64,000 bases of DNA from Dehalococcoidia bacterium (GCA_034422875.1 DAOUJI010000107.1:6260-70259); one strand, 5' to 3'. Shown: positions 17,450 to 26,481, counted from the first letter of the stretch. Notes: a model not told the origin generated them from the letters alone. Program-made: numbers and translations.

Positions 17450-17821
17450 TCATTCCAACTCGACGGCGTGGGTGACGTGCTCGACCTGGGGAGATGAACC
17501 TCGGGTCAGGGTCACGGCTATCAGATCGATCCTCCAACCGGGAGGCGCCTCTTCCAGCCCTTGAATGTAGGTTTCCGCCGTGGCCTGCAGCCGTTCCTTC
17601 TTACGTTGGGTGACCGACTCTTTAGGCCCGCCGAACTTGTCATCGCTTTGGCGAGTCCGCACCTCTACGAACACCAGGTGATCTCCGTCCTGGGCGACGA
17701 TGTCCACTTCGCCCCACTTGGTCCGGTAGTTGGTTCCCAGGATTTTCCAACCCAGCCCGAGCAAGTGTCTGCGGGCGATGTTCTCACCCCTGTTCCCCAG
17801 TCTAATCCTGGGCGTGGACAC
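17450..17821 (-). CDS. yraN: YraN-family endonuclease (UPF0102)
   Basis: LGNRGENIARRHL...GW.ILGTNYRTKWGEVDIVA....LVFVEVRTR pattern. GTG start. Overlaps the rnhB 3' end by 20 nt. Confidence 0.8.
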   Translation of the reverse strand: MSTPRIRLGNRGENIARRHLLGLGWKILGTNYRTKWGEVDIVAQDGDHLVFVEVRTRQSDDKFGGPKESVTQRKKERLQATAETYIQGLEEAPPGWRIDLIAVTLTRGSSPQVEHVTHAVELE

Positions 17822-18479
17822 CCGACTCCTCTCCGTCGGCTATCAGTCTAACAGGGGCGAATGTGCGCCGGTGGATGAGGCATGGGCCCAGTTCCGAAAG
17901 CCTGCGCCGGTGTTCGACCGTTCCATAGCCCTTGTGGGACGCAAATCCGTATCCAGGGTACATGGCGTCGGCCTCCGACATCATCCCGTCTCTGGTCACC
18001 TTGGCCAGAATGGACGCCGCAGCGATGGAGTAGCTTATGCTGTCGCCGTGGGGAAGGGAATAGTAGGGAATGCCGGGGGCCTTAAGCTGGACATGGTCGA
18101 TAAGGAGGTGGGATGGAGAAACATCCAGGCTTTCCAGCGCTCTCTGCATAGCCTTCTTAGTCGCCGGAACTATTCCCCAGTCGTCTATCTCCTGCGCGGT
18201 GGCAATGCCCACACCCATTGATAGGGCATATTCGCGGATGTTCTCCAGTGCCTTTAGTCTTTGGCGGTGGCTCAGGGCCTTTGAGTCGTCCACCATGCCC
18301 AGCCAGGAATGGTCATGATTGCCGTTGTGGAGAGACGAGGAAAACAGACTGGCCGGGAATATGACGGCCCCGGCGACCACGGGACCGGCGAGCGGACCGC
18401 GGCCTGCTTCATCAATCCCCGCCACCAGGTCGAAACCCTGGGCATAGTACCTGCGTTCCAGGTCGAACGTAGGCGCCAC
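17802..18479 (-). CDS. rnhB: ribonuclease HII
   Basis: GIDEAGRGPLAGPVV and DDSK motifs. Confidence 0.9.
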   Translation of the reverse strand: MAPTFDLERRYYAQGFDLVAGIDEAGRGPLAGPVVAGAVIFPASLFSSSLHNGNHDHSWLGMVDDSKALSHRQRLKALENIREYALSMGVGIATAQEIDDWGIVPATKKAMQRALESLDVSPSHLLIDHVQLKAPGIPYYSLPHGDSISYSIAAASILAKVTRDGMMSEADAMYPGYGFASHKGYGTVEHRRRLSELGPCLIHRRTFAPVRLIADGEESGVHAQD

Positions 18480-18530
18480 CGCCTCCCCTCCCCACGCTCT
18501 GTCTGTCCTAACGTTGCAGTCCCAACGGAA

Positions 18531-19631
18531 CTATCTGGCGGCAGTCACGGCAGGGATTTGGGCGGACTCGATGCGCCCCCCGCCGAGAACCTCGTCTCCT
18601 TGATATATCACCATAGCCTGCCCTGGAGTGACGGCCCGTTGCGGACACTCGAACTCTAACCTGGCCTTTTCGCCGTCCGGGTGGAGAATCGCCGCGGCTT
18701 CAGGCGACTTGTAACGTATCTTCACCATCACCTGAGAGCCATCTTCCGGCTGGCGCCCGGATATGTAATTTACATCCGAGGCGACAAGAGTCATGCTGTA
18801 GAGTTGCTCCTCCGGGCCAACGACCACATCCCCTGACTCGGCGTCGATGGCAATCACGTACTGGGGATTCTTTGTGGATATCCCCAGCCCGCGCCTCTGG
18901 CCCACGGTGAAGAACTCCATTCCCTCATGCCGCCCCAGAACAGATCCTCCACTGTCCACAATCAGGCCGGGCCGTGGAGTCACCCGTTCCTTCAGGAACT
19001 GCCTGTAGTCCCCTGACGGTATGAAGCATATGTCCTGGCTGTCAGGTTTCTCGGCGTTGGGGAAGCCTGCCTTGAGAGCCGCGTCTCTAATTTCCTCTTT
19101 GGTGTAGCCGCCCACGGGCATCAGGGTGTGGCCCAACTCCTTCTGTCCCATGCCGTACAGTACGTAAGACTGGTCCTTGGACCGGTCCATACCCCGCAGC
19201 AGGCGGAAGCCATCCGGCCCAGGCTCGATGCGGGCGTAATGACCGGTGGCCACGTAGTACGCCCCAAGAATCCGGGCCCGGTCGTATAGGAAGCTAAACT
19301 TGATCCGGTCGTTGCAGGCGATGCACGGGTGAGGGGTCATGCCCCGCTGGTACTCACGGCAGAAGTAGTCAATGACGAAAGCCTGAAACTCCCGCTGGAG
19401 ATTGAAGACATAGTGGGGCGCTTCCAGGCGTGCGCATACGCGGCGGGCGTCCTCCACATCATCGATGGTGCAGCAACCCTTGTAGTAGTCGGGAAGGCTG
19501 TCCAAGTCCACGTCGTAGAGCTTCATCGTGACGCCCACGATGTCATAGCCCTGCTCCTTAAGAAGCAGGGCTGCAACTGATGAGTCTACGCCGCCGCTCA
19601 TCGCGACGGCCACTTTGCCATTAGTTGGCAT
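18531..19631 (-). CDS. mnmA: tRNA 2-thiouridine(34) synthase
   Basis: KVAVAMSGGVDSSVAA PP-loop and conserved Cys contexts. I prefer the ATG at 19631 (MPTNGK) over the TTG at 19643. Confidence 0.9.
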   Translation of the reverse strand: MPTNGKVAVAMSGGVDSSVAALLLKEQGYDIVGVTMKLYDVDLDSLPDYYKGCCTIDDVEDARRVCARLEAPHYVFNLQREFQAFVIDYFCREYQRGMTPHPCIACNDRIKFSFLYDRARILGAYYVATGHYARIEPGPDGFRLLRGMDRSKDQSYVLYGMGQKELGHTLMPVGGYTKEEIRDAALKAGFPNAEKPDSQDICFIPSGDYRQFLKERVTPRPGLIVDSGGSVLGRHEGMEFFTVGQRRGLGISTKNPQYVIAIDAESGDVVVGPEEQLYSMTLVASDVNYISGRQPEDGSQVMVKIRYKSPEAAAILHPDGEKARLEFECPQRAVTPGQAMVIYQGDEVLGGGRIESAQIPAVTAAR

Positions 19632-19649
19632 CAGGGTATCCAAATTACT

Positions 19650-19683
19650 CCCTCTCCCCGTGGGAGAGGGTCGGGGTGAGGGC
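19650..19683 (+). repeat. CCCTCTCCC-CGT-GGGAGAGGG hairpin plus TCGGGGTGAGGGC tail (dispersed family); possible terminator of the cupin gene
   Basis: Perfect 9-bp stem. It lies between the cupin stop (19697) and the mnmA start. Confidence 0.6.
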
Positions 19684-19696
19684 CGTATCCTACGAA

Positions 19697-20053
19697 CTAT
19701 TCCAGCGTCTCGGTCTGGCTGTCCTTGGCGGTCACGGTTATGTGGGACATGGCGGACTCGGCCCTGGCGCCGTGCCAGTGCTTCTCGCCTGCGGGGATGT
19801 GAATCACGTCCCCAAGCCTGACCTCAACCTGCTCATCGTCGGTGACCACTAAGCCGATGCCGGAGGTGATGATCAGCACCTGGTCGCCGCTGTGGGCGTG
19901 GAACTTGTTCCTGGCGCCCTTGGAGAAGTTGACGATGGCGCAGTTGAAGCTTTCCACGTCGGGCGTGATGGCCTGGCGTGTAACGTTTCCGCCGATCATC
20001 AGAGGGCTGTTGCCGTCGGACTCGGGCACTTCAGGAATTCTGGACACTTTCAT
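19697..20053 (-). CDS. cupin domain protein
   Basis: HAHSGDQVLIITSGIG....V..GDVIHIPAGEKHWHGA cupin_2 pattern. ATG at 20053 has AGGAGG 6 nt upstream. Confidence 0.7.
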   Translation of the reverse strand: MKVSRIPEVPESDGNSPLMIGGNVTRQAITPDVESFNCAIVNFSKGARNKFHAHSGDQVLIITSGIGLVVTDDEQVEVRLGDVIHIPAGEKHWHGARAESAMSHITVTAKDSQTETLE

Positions 20054-20251
20054 AATCGCCTCCTGGACATAGCCGTGTTGTGGGTACGAAAGACCACCGC
20101 CTATCATAATACAGGGCCATGAGGCCGTCTACCCGCGCCTGTGTCCAGGTTGTCCGCATGTGGGGGCCGTGATACCATACGCTCGTGGCTGGCCAGGCCC
20201 ATCGCCGCCGCTCATATTGTTCTCAATCGACCTGACTTCAGGAGGTCCTTA

Positions 20252-20641
20252 ATGCCCGCTTTCGTCTACGACCACATACATCTGAGAAGTCCCGATCCCC
20301 ATGCCGCCGCCGAATGGTACAAGGACAAGTTCGACGCCAAGCTCATCTACACTCCCCAGCCCGACAATCAGCCCGACCGTGTGGACATCGACCTGGACGG
20401 ACTGATGATATTTGTGGCGGGTAAACTTCCCGACGGCAAGGAAATCGACGAACCCCGCGACCCTCACTACGGGCTGGACCACTTCGGACTCAGGGTCGAA
20501 GACCTGGACGCTATGCTGGCCCAGATGACTTCCAGGGGCGTGGAAATAACCGAAGGCCCACGCATGGCGCCCAGCGGAGCCAAGATTGCCTTCGTGAGGG
20601 GTCCTGACAACGTGCGCATAGAGCTGCTCCAGCGCTACTAA
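20252..20641 (+). CDS. VOC/glyoxalase-family protein
   Basis: HIHLRSPDPHAAAEWY...GLDHFGLRVEDLD pattern. ATG at 20252 follows AGGAGG. Confidence 0.75.
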   Translation: MPAFVYDHIHLRSPDPHAAAEWYKDKFDAKLIYTPQPDNQPDRVDIDLDGLMIFVAGKLPDGKEIDEPRDPHYGLDHFGLRVEDLDAMLAQMTSRGVEITEGPRMAPSGAKIAFVRGPDNVRIELLQRY

Positions 20642-20709
20642 CGGAGCCATCCTTCGACTGCGCTGCACTACGCTCCGCTGCGTCTCGCTGCGCTCAGGAT
20701 GAACGAAGT

Positions 20710-21576
20710 ATGAGATTCGGAATATTCGTCTTTGACTCGGCCCGCAACATGGACCCGGCGACTCTGGCCAGGAGGGCCGAGGAGTTGGGATTCAGTTCCT
20801 TTTGGATTCCGGAGCACACCGTGCTCCCTGTGCATCCTTCCAAGGGTCCAAGCGGCTCGACCACCGCCGAGTTCCCCGAGTCTTTCTACCACATCTCCGA
20901 CCCGGTGATTTCCCTGGCGCGGGCGTCGGGGGCCACGTCCACCATCAAGCTGGGCACTGGAATCCTGCTGGCCGCCGAACGCAACCCGTTGCTGACCTCC
21001 AAAAGCCTTGCAACTCTGGACCGTTTGTCCGGGGGACGTCTGCTGGTGGGCATTGGCACGGGCTGGTCGCCAGAGGAGTACGCCGCCATGGGCGGGGACT
21101 TCCAAAACCGCTACTCACAGCTGAGGGAGCACGTCCAGGCGCTCAAGACCATCTGGAGCGAAGACGAACCGGAGTTTCACGGCCGCTTCTACAACTTCCC
21201 TCCGGTCCGGGTTTATCCCAAGCCCGTCCAGACGCCACATCCGCCCATCTTCATAGGGGGCGGCCTGGGTAGATTAGCGGAGCGAGTTTTCAAACGCATC
21301 GTCAATTGGGCCAACGGCTGGGTCCCTGTGATAACTGAAATCGAGCAGGTGCGGCAGGGACGGGAGTCTTTGACCCGCCTCGCCGAGGAAGCCGGCAGGG
21401 ACCCCGCGTCCATACCCGTATACGCCATGACCCGAGGCCGGGCGTTTAGAACGAGCGACGACGTGGCTCGTCTGGAAGAGGCCGGGGCCGACGAGGTGGT
21501 CTTCTGGCTCCAGAGCCCTTACGACGATGACAACGCGTTAGTCGAGCTTGAGAACCTAGCCCAGAGCGTGATGTAG
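20710..21576 (+). CDS. LLM-class (luciferase-like) F420-dependent oxidoreductase
   Basis: MRFGIFVF....D...LARRAEELGFSSFWIPEHTV and GTG....ER.P pattern of the LLM family. Confidence 0.8.
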   Translation: MRFGIFVFDSARNMDPATLARRAEELGFSSFWIPEHTVLPVHPSKGPSGSTTAEFPESFYHISDPVISLARASGATSTIKLGTGILLAAERNPLLTSKSLATLDRLSGGRLLVGIGTGWSPEEYAAMGGDFQNRYSQLREHVQALKTIWSEDEPEFHGRFYNFPPVRVYPKPVQTPHPPIFIGGGLGRLAERVFKRIVNWANGWVPVITEIEQVRQGRESLTRLAEEAGRDPASIPVYAMTRGRAFRTSDDVARLEEAGADEVVFWLQSPYDDDNALVELENLAQSVM

Positions 21577-21581
21577 AGCGG

Positions 21582-21612
21582 CCCCCATCCCAACCTTCCC
21601 CCTGAGGGGGAA
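21582..21612 (-). repeat. dispersed hairpin-plus-tail element, inverted orientation
   Basis: Reverse strand reads TTCCCCC TCA GGGGGAA GGTTGGGATGGGGG. It lies between the two LLM paralogs. Confidence 0.5.
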
Positions 21613-21631
21613 GGGGAAAACGAGGTGATCT

Positions 21632-22504
21632 ATGGCGATTCCAGTTGGAGTATTCGTACTGGACACAGGAGCTGCTACGGACGTGGCCGTTCTGGCCAAG
21701 CGGGCCGAGGAGCTGGGATTCGCCTCCTTCTGGGTGCCTGAGCATCCAGTGATACCTGTGACAAGATCCACTCCGTACCCAGGCGACCGGAGCGGAGTGA
21801 TTCCCGATGGGTACTACTGGATGGCCGATCCATGGATAACCCTGGCCCGCGCTTCGGGGACCACCAGCAACATCCTTCTGGGAACGGCGATATGCATCCT
21901 GCCAGAGCACAACCCGCTCCTTACGAGCAAGCAGGTCGCCACTCTCGACAATCTGTCGGGAGGCCGCGTCATTGTCGGCCTGGGAGTCGGTTGGCTCAAG
22001 GAGGAGTTGGAGCTCCTGGGCGGCAACTTTGAACGCAAGGGGCCACAGTCGGTGGACAACATCCGGGCGCTTAAGGAACTCTGGACCAAAGACGAAGCGG
22101 AATATCACGGCGAGTTTTACGACTTCCCCGCTGTAAGGGTCTTCCCAAAGCCCACCCAGAAGCCCCACCCTCCCATCGTGTTCGGCGGCGGGCTGACGCC
22201 GAAGAACTCCGAGATTATTTTTCGGCGCATTGTCCGGGTCGGCGACGGCTGGCTTCCGGTCCTTCATGAGCCGGAGCCCATCGAGGACGGCAGGCGCCGC
22301 CTAGACGAAAAGGCCAAAGAAGCCGGACGTGACCCATCGTCCATCAAGATATACGCCATGGGGCGGCCAGGCGCCTTTGGGACGAGAGACGACATCAAAG
22401 CCCTTGAAAACGCCGGAGCCGACCACGTAGTCCTTTGGATGGACAACACCAAGGGAGAAGCCGCCCTGAACGAGCTGGAAGAGCGGGCGCGAATAGCGCT
22501 CTAG
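21632..22504 (+). CDS. LLM-class F420-dependent oxidoreductase (tandem paralog)
   Basis: Collinear similarity to 20710..21576 (LAKRAEELGFASFWVPEHPV...). GAGGTGA RBS. Confidence 0.8.
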   Translation: MAIPVGVFVLDTGAATDVAVLAKRAEELGFASFWVPEHPVIPVTRSTPYPGDRSGVIPDGYYWMADPWITLARASGTTSNILLGTAICILPEHNPLLTSKQVATLDNLSGGRVIVGLGVGWLKEELELLGGNFERKGPQSVDNIRALKELWTKDEAEYHGEFYDFPAVRVFPKPTQKPHPPIVFGGGLTPKNSEIIFRRIVRVGDGWLPVLHEPEPIEDGRRRLDEKAKEAGRDPSSIKIYAMGRPGAFGTRDDIKALENAGADHVVLWMDNTKGEAALNELEERARIAL

Positions 22505-22536
22505 CCTTGGGCCGGCCGTAAGGGGAAGACTTTAGA

Positions 22537-22872
22537 ATGGCATCTAGGGTCTACTACGACGCCGACTGCCGCCTTTGTTCAGGCGGAGTCAGCCTGGTTT
22601 CGCGGGCGGGTGTGCTGGGAGAAGTAGACTGGACGCCGATCCAGTCAGGCTCCTGCCCGGAAGGCGTCTCAGGCGAAGACTTGGACCGTGCAATGCACCT
22701 GGAAACGCCGTCGGGGGTGTACAGCGGGTTCGATGCCGTCAGGCGCATAGCCTTAAGGACTCCTGTCCTGTGGCCGTTTGCCCTGGTGTTCTGGCTGCCC
22801 GGCATGGGCGCGCTCGGCTCTTGGGCTTATGCTCTTGTCGCCCGCAACCGGAGGCGGATGTGGGGCCGCTAG
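22537..22872 (+). CDS. thiol-disulfide oxidoreductase DCC-family protein (DUF393)
   Basis: N-terminal YYDADCRLCSG (DxxCxxC) and a hydrophobic C-terminus. The last ~45 codons are duplicated at 25111..25248. Confidence 0.75.
   Translation: MASRVYYDADCRLCSGGVSLVSRAGVLGEVDWTPIQSGSCPEGVSGEDLDRAMHLETPSGVYSGFDAVRRIALRTPVLWPFALVFWLPGMGALGSWAYALVARNRRRMWGR
22726..22851 (+). repeat. 126-bp direct repeat, copy 1 (3' end of the DCC gene)
   Basis: Aligns base for base with 25111..25236, with about six mismatches by eye. The first ~85 nt are nearly identical. Confidence 0.85.
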
Positions 22873-22880
22873 GGACGATC

Positions 22881-23864
22881 CTAAGATTCGAAACCAGGCA
22901 GCAATGAACCATTGGTTTTGCTTTTAGTATTAGGCAAAGCAGGCTTTGGGTTTCTTTTCTGAATGGTGAACATGGTACTCGCAGCACTTGCTTTTGCTTC
23001 CGCTAGCTTAGCAGTTGCTTTGTTAACGTATTCCAAGTTGATCTCATAGCCAATATACCTACGGTTCGCGCGTATTGCAGCTTCGGCGGTCGTTCCTGAA
23101 CCGATGAAAGGGTCCAACACTATATCACCTACGAAAGAATACAAATTGATGAGACGGAGGGGCAGTTCAACCGGGAAGGGAGCAGGATGATTGGCCTTCT
23201 TTGCTCTTGCAGCAGGAAATCTCCAGATACTCTTGGTATACTCTAAGAAATCATCGCGGCCTATGCTGTTTTGGCGAATGGGGTGGCGTTTGAATGTTCC
23301 TTTGCAAAACACGAGGATGTATTCATGGACATCGCGCAGGACAGGATTGCTGGATGACTTCCAACTCCCCCAAGCAGACGACGAACCTGCACTTGCCCCC
23401 TTGTCCCATATAATCTCTCCGCGCATGTAGAATCCGCAATCCTGGGCAATCTCTATGATGTATGCGTGTAGCGGAATGTAGGGCGTTCGGCCAACATTGG
23501 CGATATTGATGCACGCGCGGCCCCCTTCCACAAGAGTCCGATAAGTTTCTTGTAAGACTTGCGAAAGCAGGTCCCGATATTCTGAGAGAGAAAGGTCGGC
23601 ATCGTATTCTTTTCCAACATTGTATGGCGGTGAGGTAATCATCAAATGTATAGAGTCATTTGGCAAGCGTGACATATCCCTGCTGTCTGCGCCATATATG
23701 ACATCCAACTCATTTGGAACATTTTCACTGTACTTTCCGTTCTCACTGTTTCTGGGCCTCAAGTCTTCATATAGTCTTTTTCCATAAAACTTACTCGAGT
23801 CGTGACCCGTACGACTCACTGTTCCGAATGACGACGTTTCCGTTCTCTTCACAGTGTGTCCCAT
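22881..23864 (-). CDS. site-specific DNA methyltransferase, beta-class (N4-cytosine or N6-adenine)
   Basis: Motif IV ITSPPY precedes motif I LDPFIGSGTT, which is the beta-class order. Low GC. The start is uncertain: ATG at 23864 (16-nt overlap with the upstream gene) or ATG at 23924. Confidence 0.85.
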   Translation of the reverse strand: MGHTVKRTETSSFGTVSRTGHDSSKFYGKRLYEDLRPRNSENGKYSENVPNELDVIYGADSRDMSRLPNDSIHLMITSPPYNVGKEYDADLSLSEYRDLLSQVLQETYRTLVEGGRACINIANVGRTPYIPLHAYIIEIAQDCGFYMRGEIIWDKGASAGSSSAWGSWKSSSNPVLRDVHEYILVFCKGTFKRHPIRQNSIGRDDFLEYTKSIWRFPAARAKKANHPAPFPVELPLRLINLYSFVGDIVLDPFIGSGTTAEAAIRANRRYIGYEINLEYVNKATAKLAEAKASAASTMFTIQKRNPKPALPNTKSKTNGSLLPGFES

Positions 23865-24502
23865 AACTGTATCCAACGATGGTACAAGGCCCGCTCGACC
23901 AATAGTGACGGATCCCGGTTCCATTCAATAGGAAGAGACTGAGTGTTCTGATGGGTTTGTAGTAGATGCATCGCGTCTCTTGAGATTTCAACGCCGCGAG
24001 GATTGGTTCCCCTTGGTGGCACTTTCGTATAACCAGAAATGGTCAATGCGCGCATTACCTCTTCTTGAACCTGTTGGGGAAACAGAAACATCCTACCAGT
24101 TTTGCCCCACAAGACATTGACATAGAGCAAGTGGCTGGAAGGAGCGTACGTGCCGAGGAAATCGTCAATCTTGTCCCAATCCACCGTCCACACCAGTTTT
24201 ACACCACCCAGTCCTCCTGTTGATTTAGTCTTGATGGACACAGGGTGGTTGTTTACTAGAACATCTAGTGCTGGTGAAGTACTTGGAGGAAACTCAACGC
24301 TGTCAACTCCGTACACATACATGAACAGAGCAATTAGCACCCGCTCCCGTGCAGTGCCGACCTCCATGCCCAGCCGTTTGCCTCTCCTATTCTCCAACTC
24401 TACCATATTAAACAAGGTAGGTAGAACACGTTGGATTCTCTCGCTATATGGAGAAGAGAATAACTCGACCCCAAATGGTGATTCGGCTACGGAGGTGTTC
24501 AT
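23849..24502 (-). CDS. candidate type II restriction endonuclease (cognate of the methyltransferase)
   Basis: Immediately upstream of and overlapping the MTase gene. Possible PD-(D/E)XK-like element ALDVLV...SIKTK. No family recognised with certainty. Confidence 0.45.
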   Translation of the reverse strand: MNTSVAESPFGVELFSSPYSERIQRVLPTLFNMVELENRRGKRLGMEVGTARERVLIALFMYVYGVDSVEFPPSTSPALDVLVNNHPVSIKTKSTGGLGGVKLVWTVDWDKIDDFLGTYAPSSHLLYVNVLWGKTGRMFLFPQQVQEEVMRALTISGYTKVPPRGTNPRGVEISRDAMHLLQTHQNTQSLPIEWNRDPSLLVERALYHRWIQLWDTL

Positions 24503-24674
24503 GGCATCGTAGTTGTCAGTGTATCAAGTTAATGGTTGCTTTTTACCCGCATCTGCACCATTCATCGACACGTACGAAAATGATTGAGTGACTACAGGCT
24601 CCTTCTGAATTTGTTTCCATATCTGGCGGCCTCTCTGCCGGGCCTCTTCAGTGAGAAAACTCTCCCAGGTTCGC

Positions 24675-25028
24675 TCATACCCCACCTCGTCCCCCGCGAC
24701 CTCCACCACCGCGGTGTTTATAACTGTCCGCCCAATAGAGCTCCTTGGATTCCATGTATCGCTGGGTCATCATCTCTGATGCCGTCTTGCGCTGTTCAGG
24801 TGGACTTGGTTTGTAACCGCTTTCTTGGACGACCTTCTTAAAAACTTCCTGTGCCTGCTTCAAGGATCGGAACGAGCCCAACGTTTCGCCTTTTTGAAGA
24901 ACGTGATACTTCCCATCGTCCGGTGTATTTTCCGTATATCTTTCGATGGATAGGTTTAGGTCTGGGATATACTGGCGATAGGAGTCGGTGGCCAAAATGT
25001 CGCCTCCGGCGGCATAATTCCAGCGCAT
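24675..25028 (-). CDS. hypothetical protein with Gly/Arg-rich tail
   Basis: 117 aa ORF in the low-GC islet ending in KHRGGGGRGGRGGV. No recognisable domain. Confidence 0.4.
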   Translation of the reverse strand: MRWNYAAGGDILATDSYRQYIPDLNLSIERYTENTPDDGKYHVLQKGETLGSFRSLKQAQEVFKKVVQESGYKPSPPEQRKTASEMMTQRYMESKELYWADSYKHRGGGGRGGRGGV

Positions 25029-25110
25029 TATAGCAGCACGTCAGTGAGGAGAACATCCTCTGATGTCGGTCAATTTTGGGAGGTTAAACCTCCCAAGGGA
25101 ACCGGCGAAA

Positions 25111-25236
25111 GGGTTCGATACCGTCAGGCGCATAGCCTTAAGGACTCCTGTCCTGTGGCCGTTTGCCCTGGTGTTCTGGCTGCCCGGCATGGGCGCCCTT
25201 GGCTCGCGGGCCTATGCTCTTGTCGCCCGCAACCGG
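25111..25236 (+). repeat. 126-bp direct repeat, copy 2
   Basis: See 22726..22851. Confidence 0.85.
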
Positions 25237-25248
25237 CCCCGTTCTTAG
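25111..25248 (+). pseudogene. displaced 3' fragment of the DCC-family gene
   Basis: Encodes GFDTVRRIALRTPVLWPFALVFWLPGMGALGSRAYALVARNRPRS*, matching the C-terminus of 22537..22872. There is no upstream homologous coding sequence. Its stop overlaps the ribBA stop in convergent orientation. Confidence 0.7.
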
Positions 25249-26450
25249 CAGTGCCAGAGGGTGTGGCCCAGCTTGTTCCGCTTGGTCCGCTTGTAGTGGC
25301 GGTTTTCCTCGTTGACCTCGGTCTCTATGGCGCGCTGTTCGACTATGTCAAAGTCGTACCCCAGCAGACCGACGATCTTACGGGGATTATTGGTCAGCAG
25401 CCGGATTTTATTCACGTTCAGGTCCCGCAGTATCTGGGCGGCGATTCCGTAGTGGCGATGGTCTGACTCGAAGCCCAACATCTCATTGGCCTCCACAGTG
25501 TCCATGCCGGTGTCCTGGAGAGAGTAGGCCTTAATCTTGTTGTGCAGCCCGATTCCCCGCCCCTCCTGGCGCATGTAAAGGAAGACGCCCTTGCCTTCCT
25601 GGCCAATTATCTCCAGCGCGAGCATCCGCTGGTCTCCACAGTCACAGCGGATGCTGCCGAGGACGTCGCCAGTAAGGCATTCGCTGTGGATGCGGACCGA
25701 AATGGGCTCGTCGGGCTCCCATTCACCCAACACCAGGGCTACGTGCTCACCGGGCTCTATTGGACTGGTGTAGGACTTGACTTCGAACTCTCCGAATATA
25801 GTGGGAAGACGGGCCTCAGCTATTTCCTCGATGTGCCTCTCGTGTCGTCTACGGTAGGCGATGATTTGTGCGATCGTGATTATCTTGATGCCATGGAGTT
25901 CTGAAAACTTTTCGAGTTCGGACATGCGGGACATGGTCCCATCGGGGTTCATGATTTCGCAAACGACGCCGGAGGGGTACATTCCCGCGATGCGGGCCAG
26001 GTCCACGATGGACTCGGTGTGGCCTGGGCGGACCAGCACTCCTCCGGGCTGGTAACGGAGGGGGAAGATGTGGCCAGGGCGGGCGAAGTCATCGGGTTTG
26101 GCGTCCGGGTCTATCATGGCCAGGATCGTCTTGGCCCGGTCGGATGCCGAAATGCCGGTGGTGGTGCCTACGTTGTAGTCGACGGATACGGTGAAGGCAG
26201 TTCCGTGCCTGGCGCTGTTATACCCGTCAACCATCAGCGGCATGTTGAGCTGGTCCAGCCTCTCTCCCAGGACGGGCATGCACAGCAACCCGCGGGCTTC
26301 GGTGACCATGAAGTTGACGGCATCGGGAGTCATGGCCTCCGCGGCCATGACTAAGTCGCCCTCGTTCTCCCGTTTCTCGTCGTCTACGACGATGAGAAAC
26401 TTACCCTGACGTATGTCCTCCAGGGCTTCTTCAACGCTGGATAGAGCCAT
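25245..26450 (-). CDS. ribBA: bifunctional 3,4-dihydroxy-2-butanone-4-phosphate synthase / GTP cyclohydrolase II
   Basis: DDEKRENEGDL (RibB) and CLTGDVLGSIRCDCG (RibA zinc site). Confidence 0.9.
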   Translation of the reverse strand: MALSSVEEALEDIRQGKFLIVVDDEKRENEGDLVMAAEAMTPDAVNFMVTEARGLLCMPVLGERLDQLNMPLMVDGYNSARHGTAFTVSVDYNVGTTTGISASDRAKTILAMIDPDAKPDDFARPGHIFPLRYQPGGVLVRPGHTESIVDLARIAGMYPSGVVCEIMNPDGTMSRMSELEKFSELHGIKIITIAQIIAYRRRHERHIEEIAEARLPTIFGEFEVKSYTSPIEPGEHVALVLGEWEPDEPISVRIHSECLTGDVLGSIRCDCGDQRMLALEIIGQEGKGVFLYMRQEGRGIGLHNKIKAYSLQDTGMDTVEANEMLGFESDHRHYGIAAQILRDLNVNKIRLLTNNPRKIVGLLGYDFDIVEQRAIETEVNEENRHYKRTKRNKLGHTLWHC

Positions 26451-26481
26451 TACACGTTATCTCCCGGAGATTTGGGTTGGA

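Noticed and set aside
17160-17564. ORFs 17160..17537 (-), 17201..17407 (+) and 17343..17564 (+)
   Set aside because: They are translations of stacked GC-rich palindromic repeats (PLSPGEG and GRSPL type peptides), not genes. Only the first few codons of 17201..17407 may be a hicA remnant.
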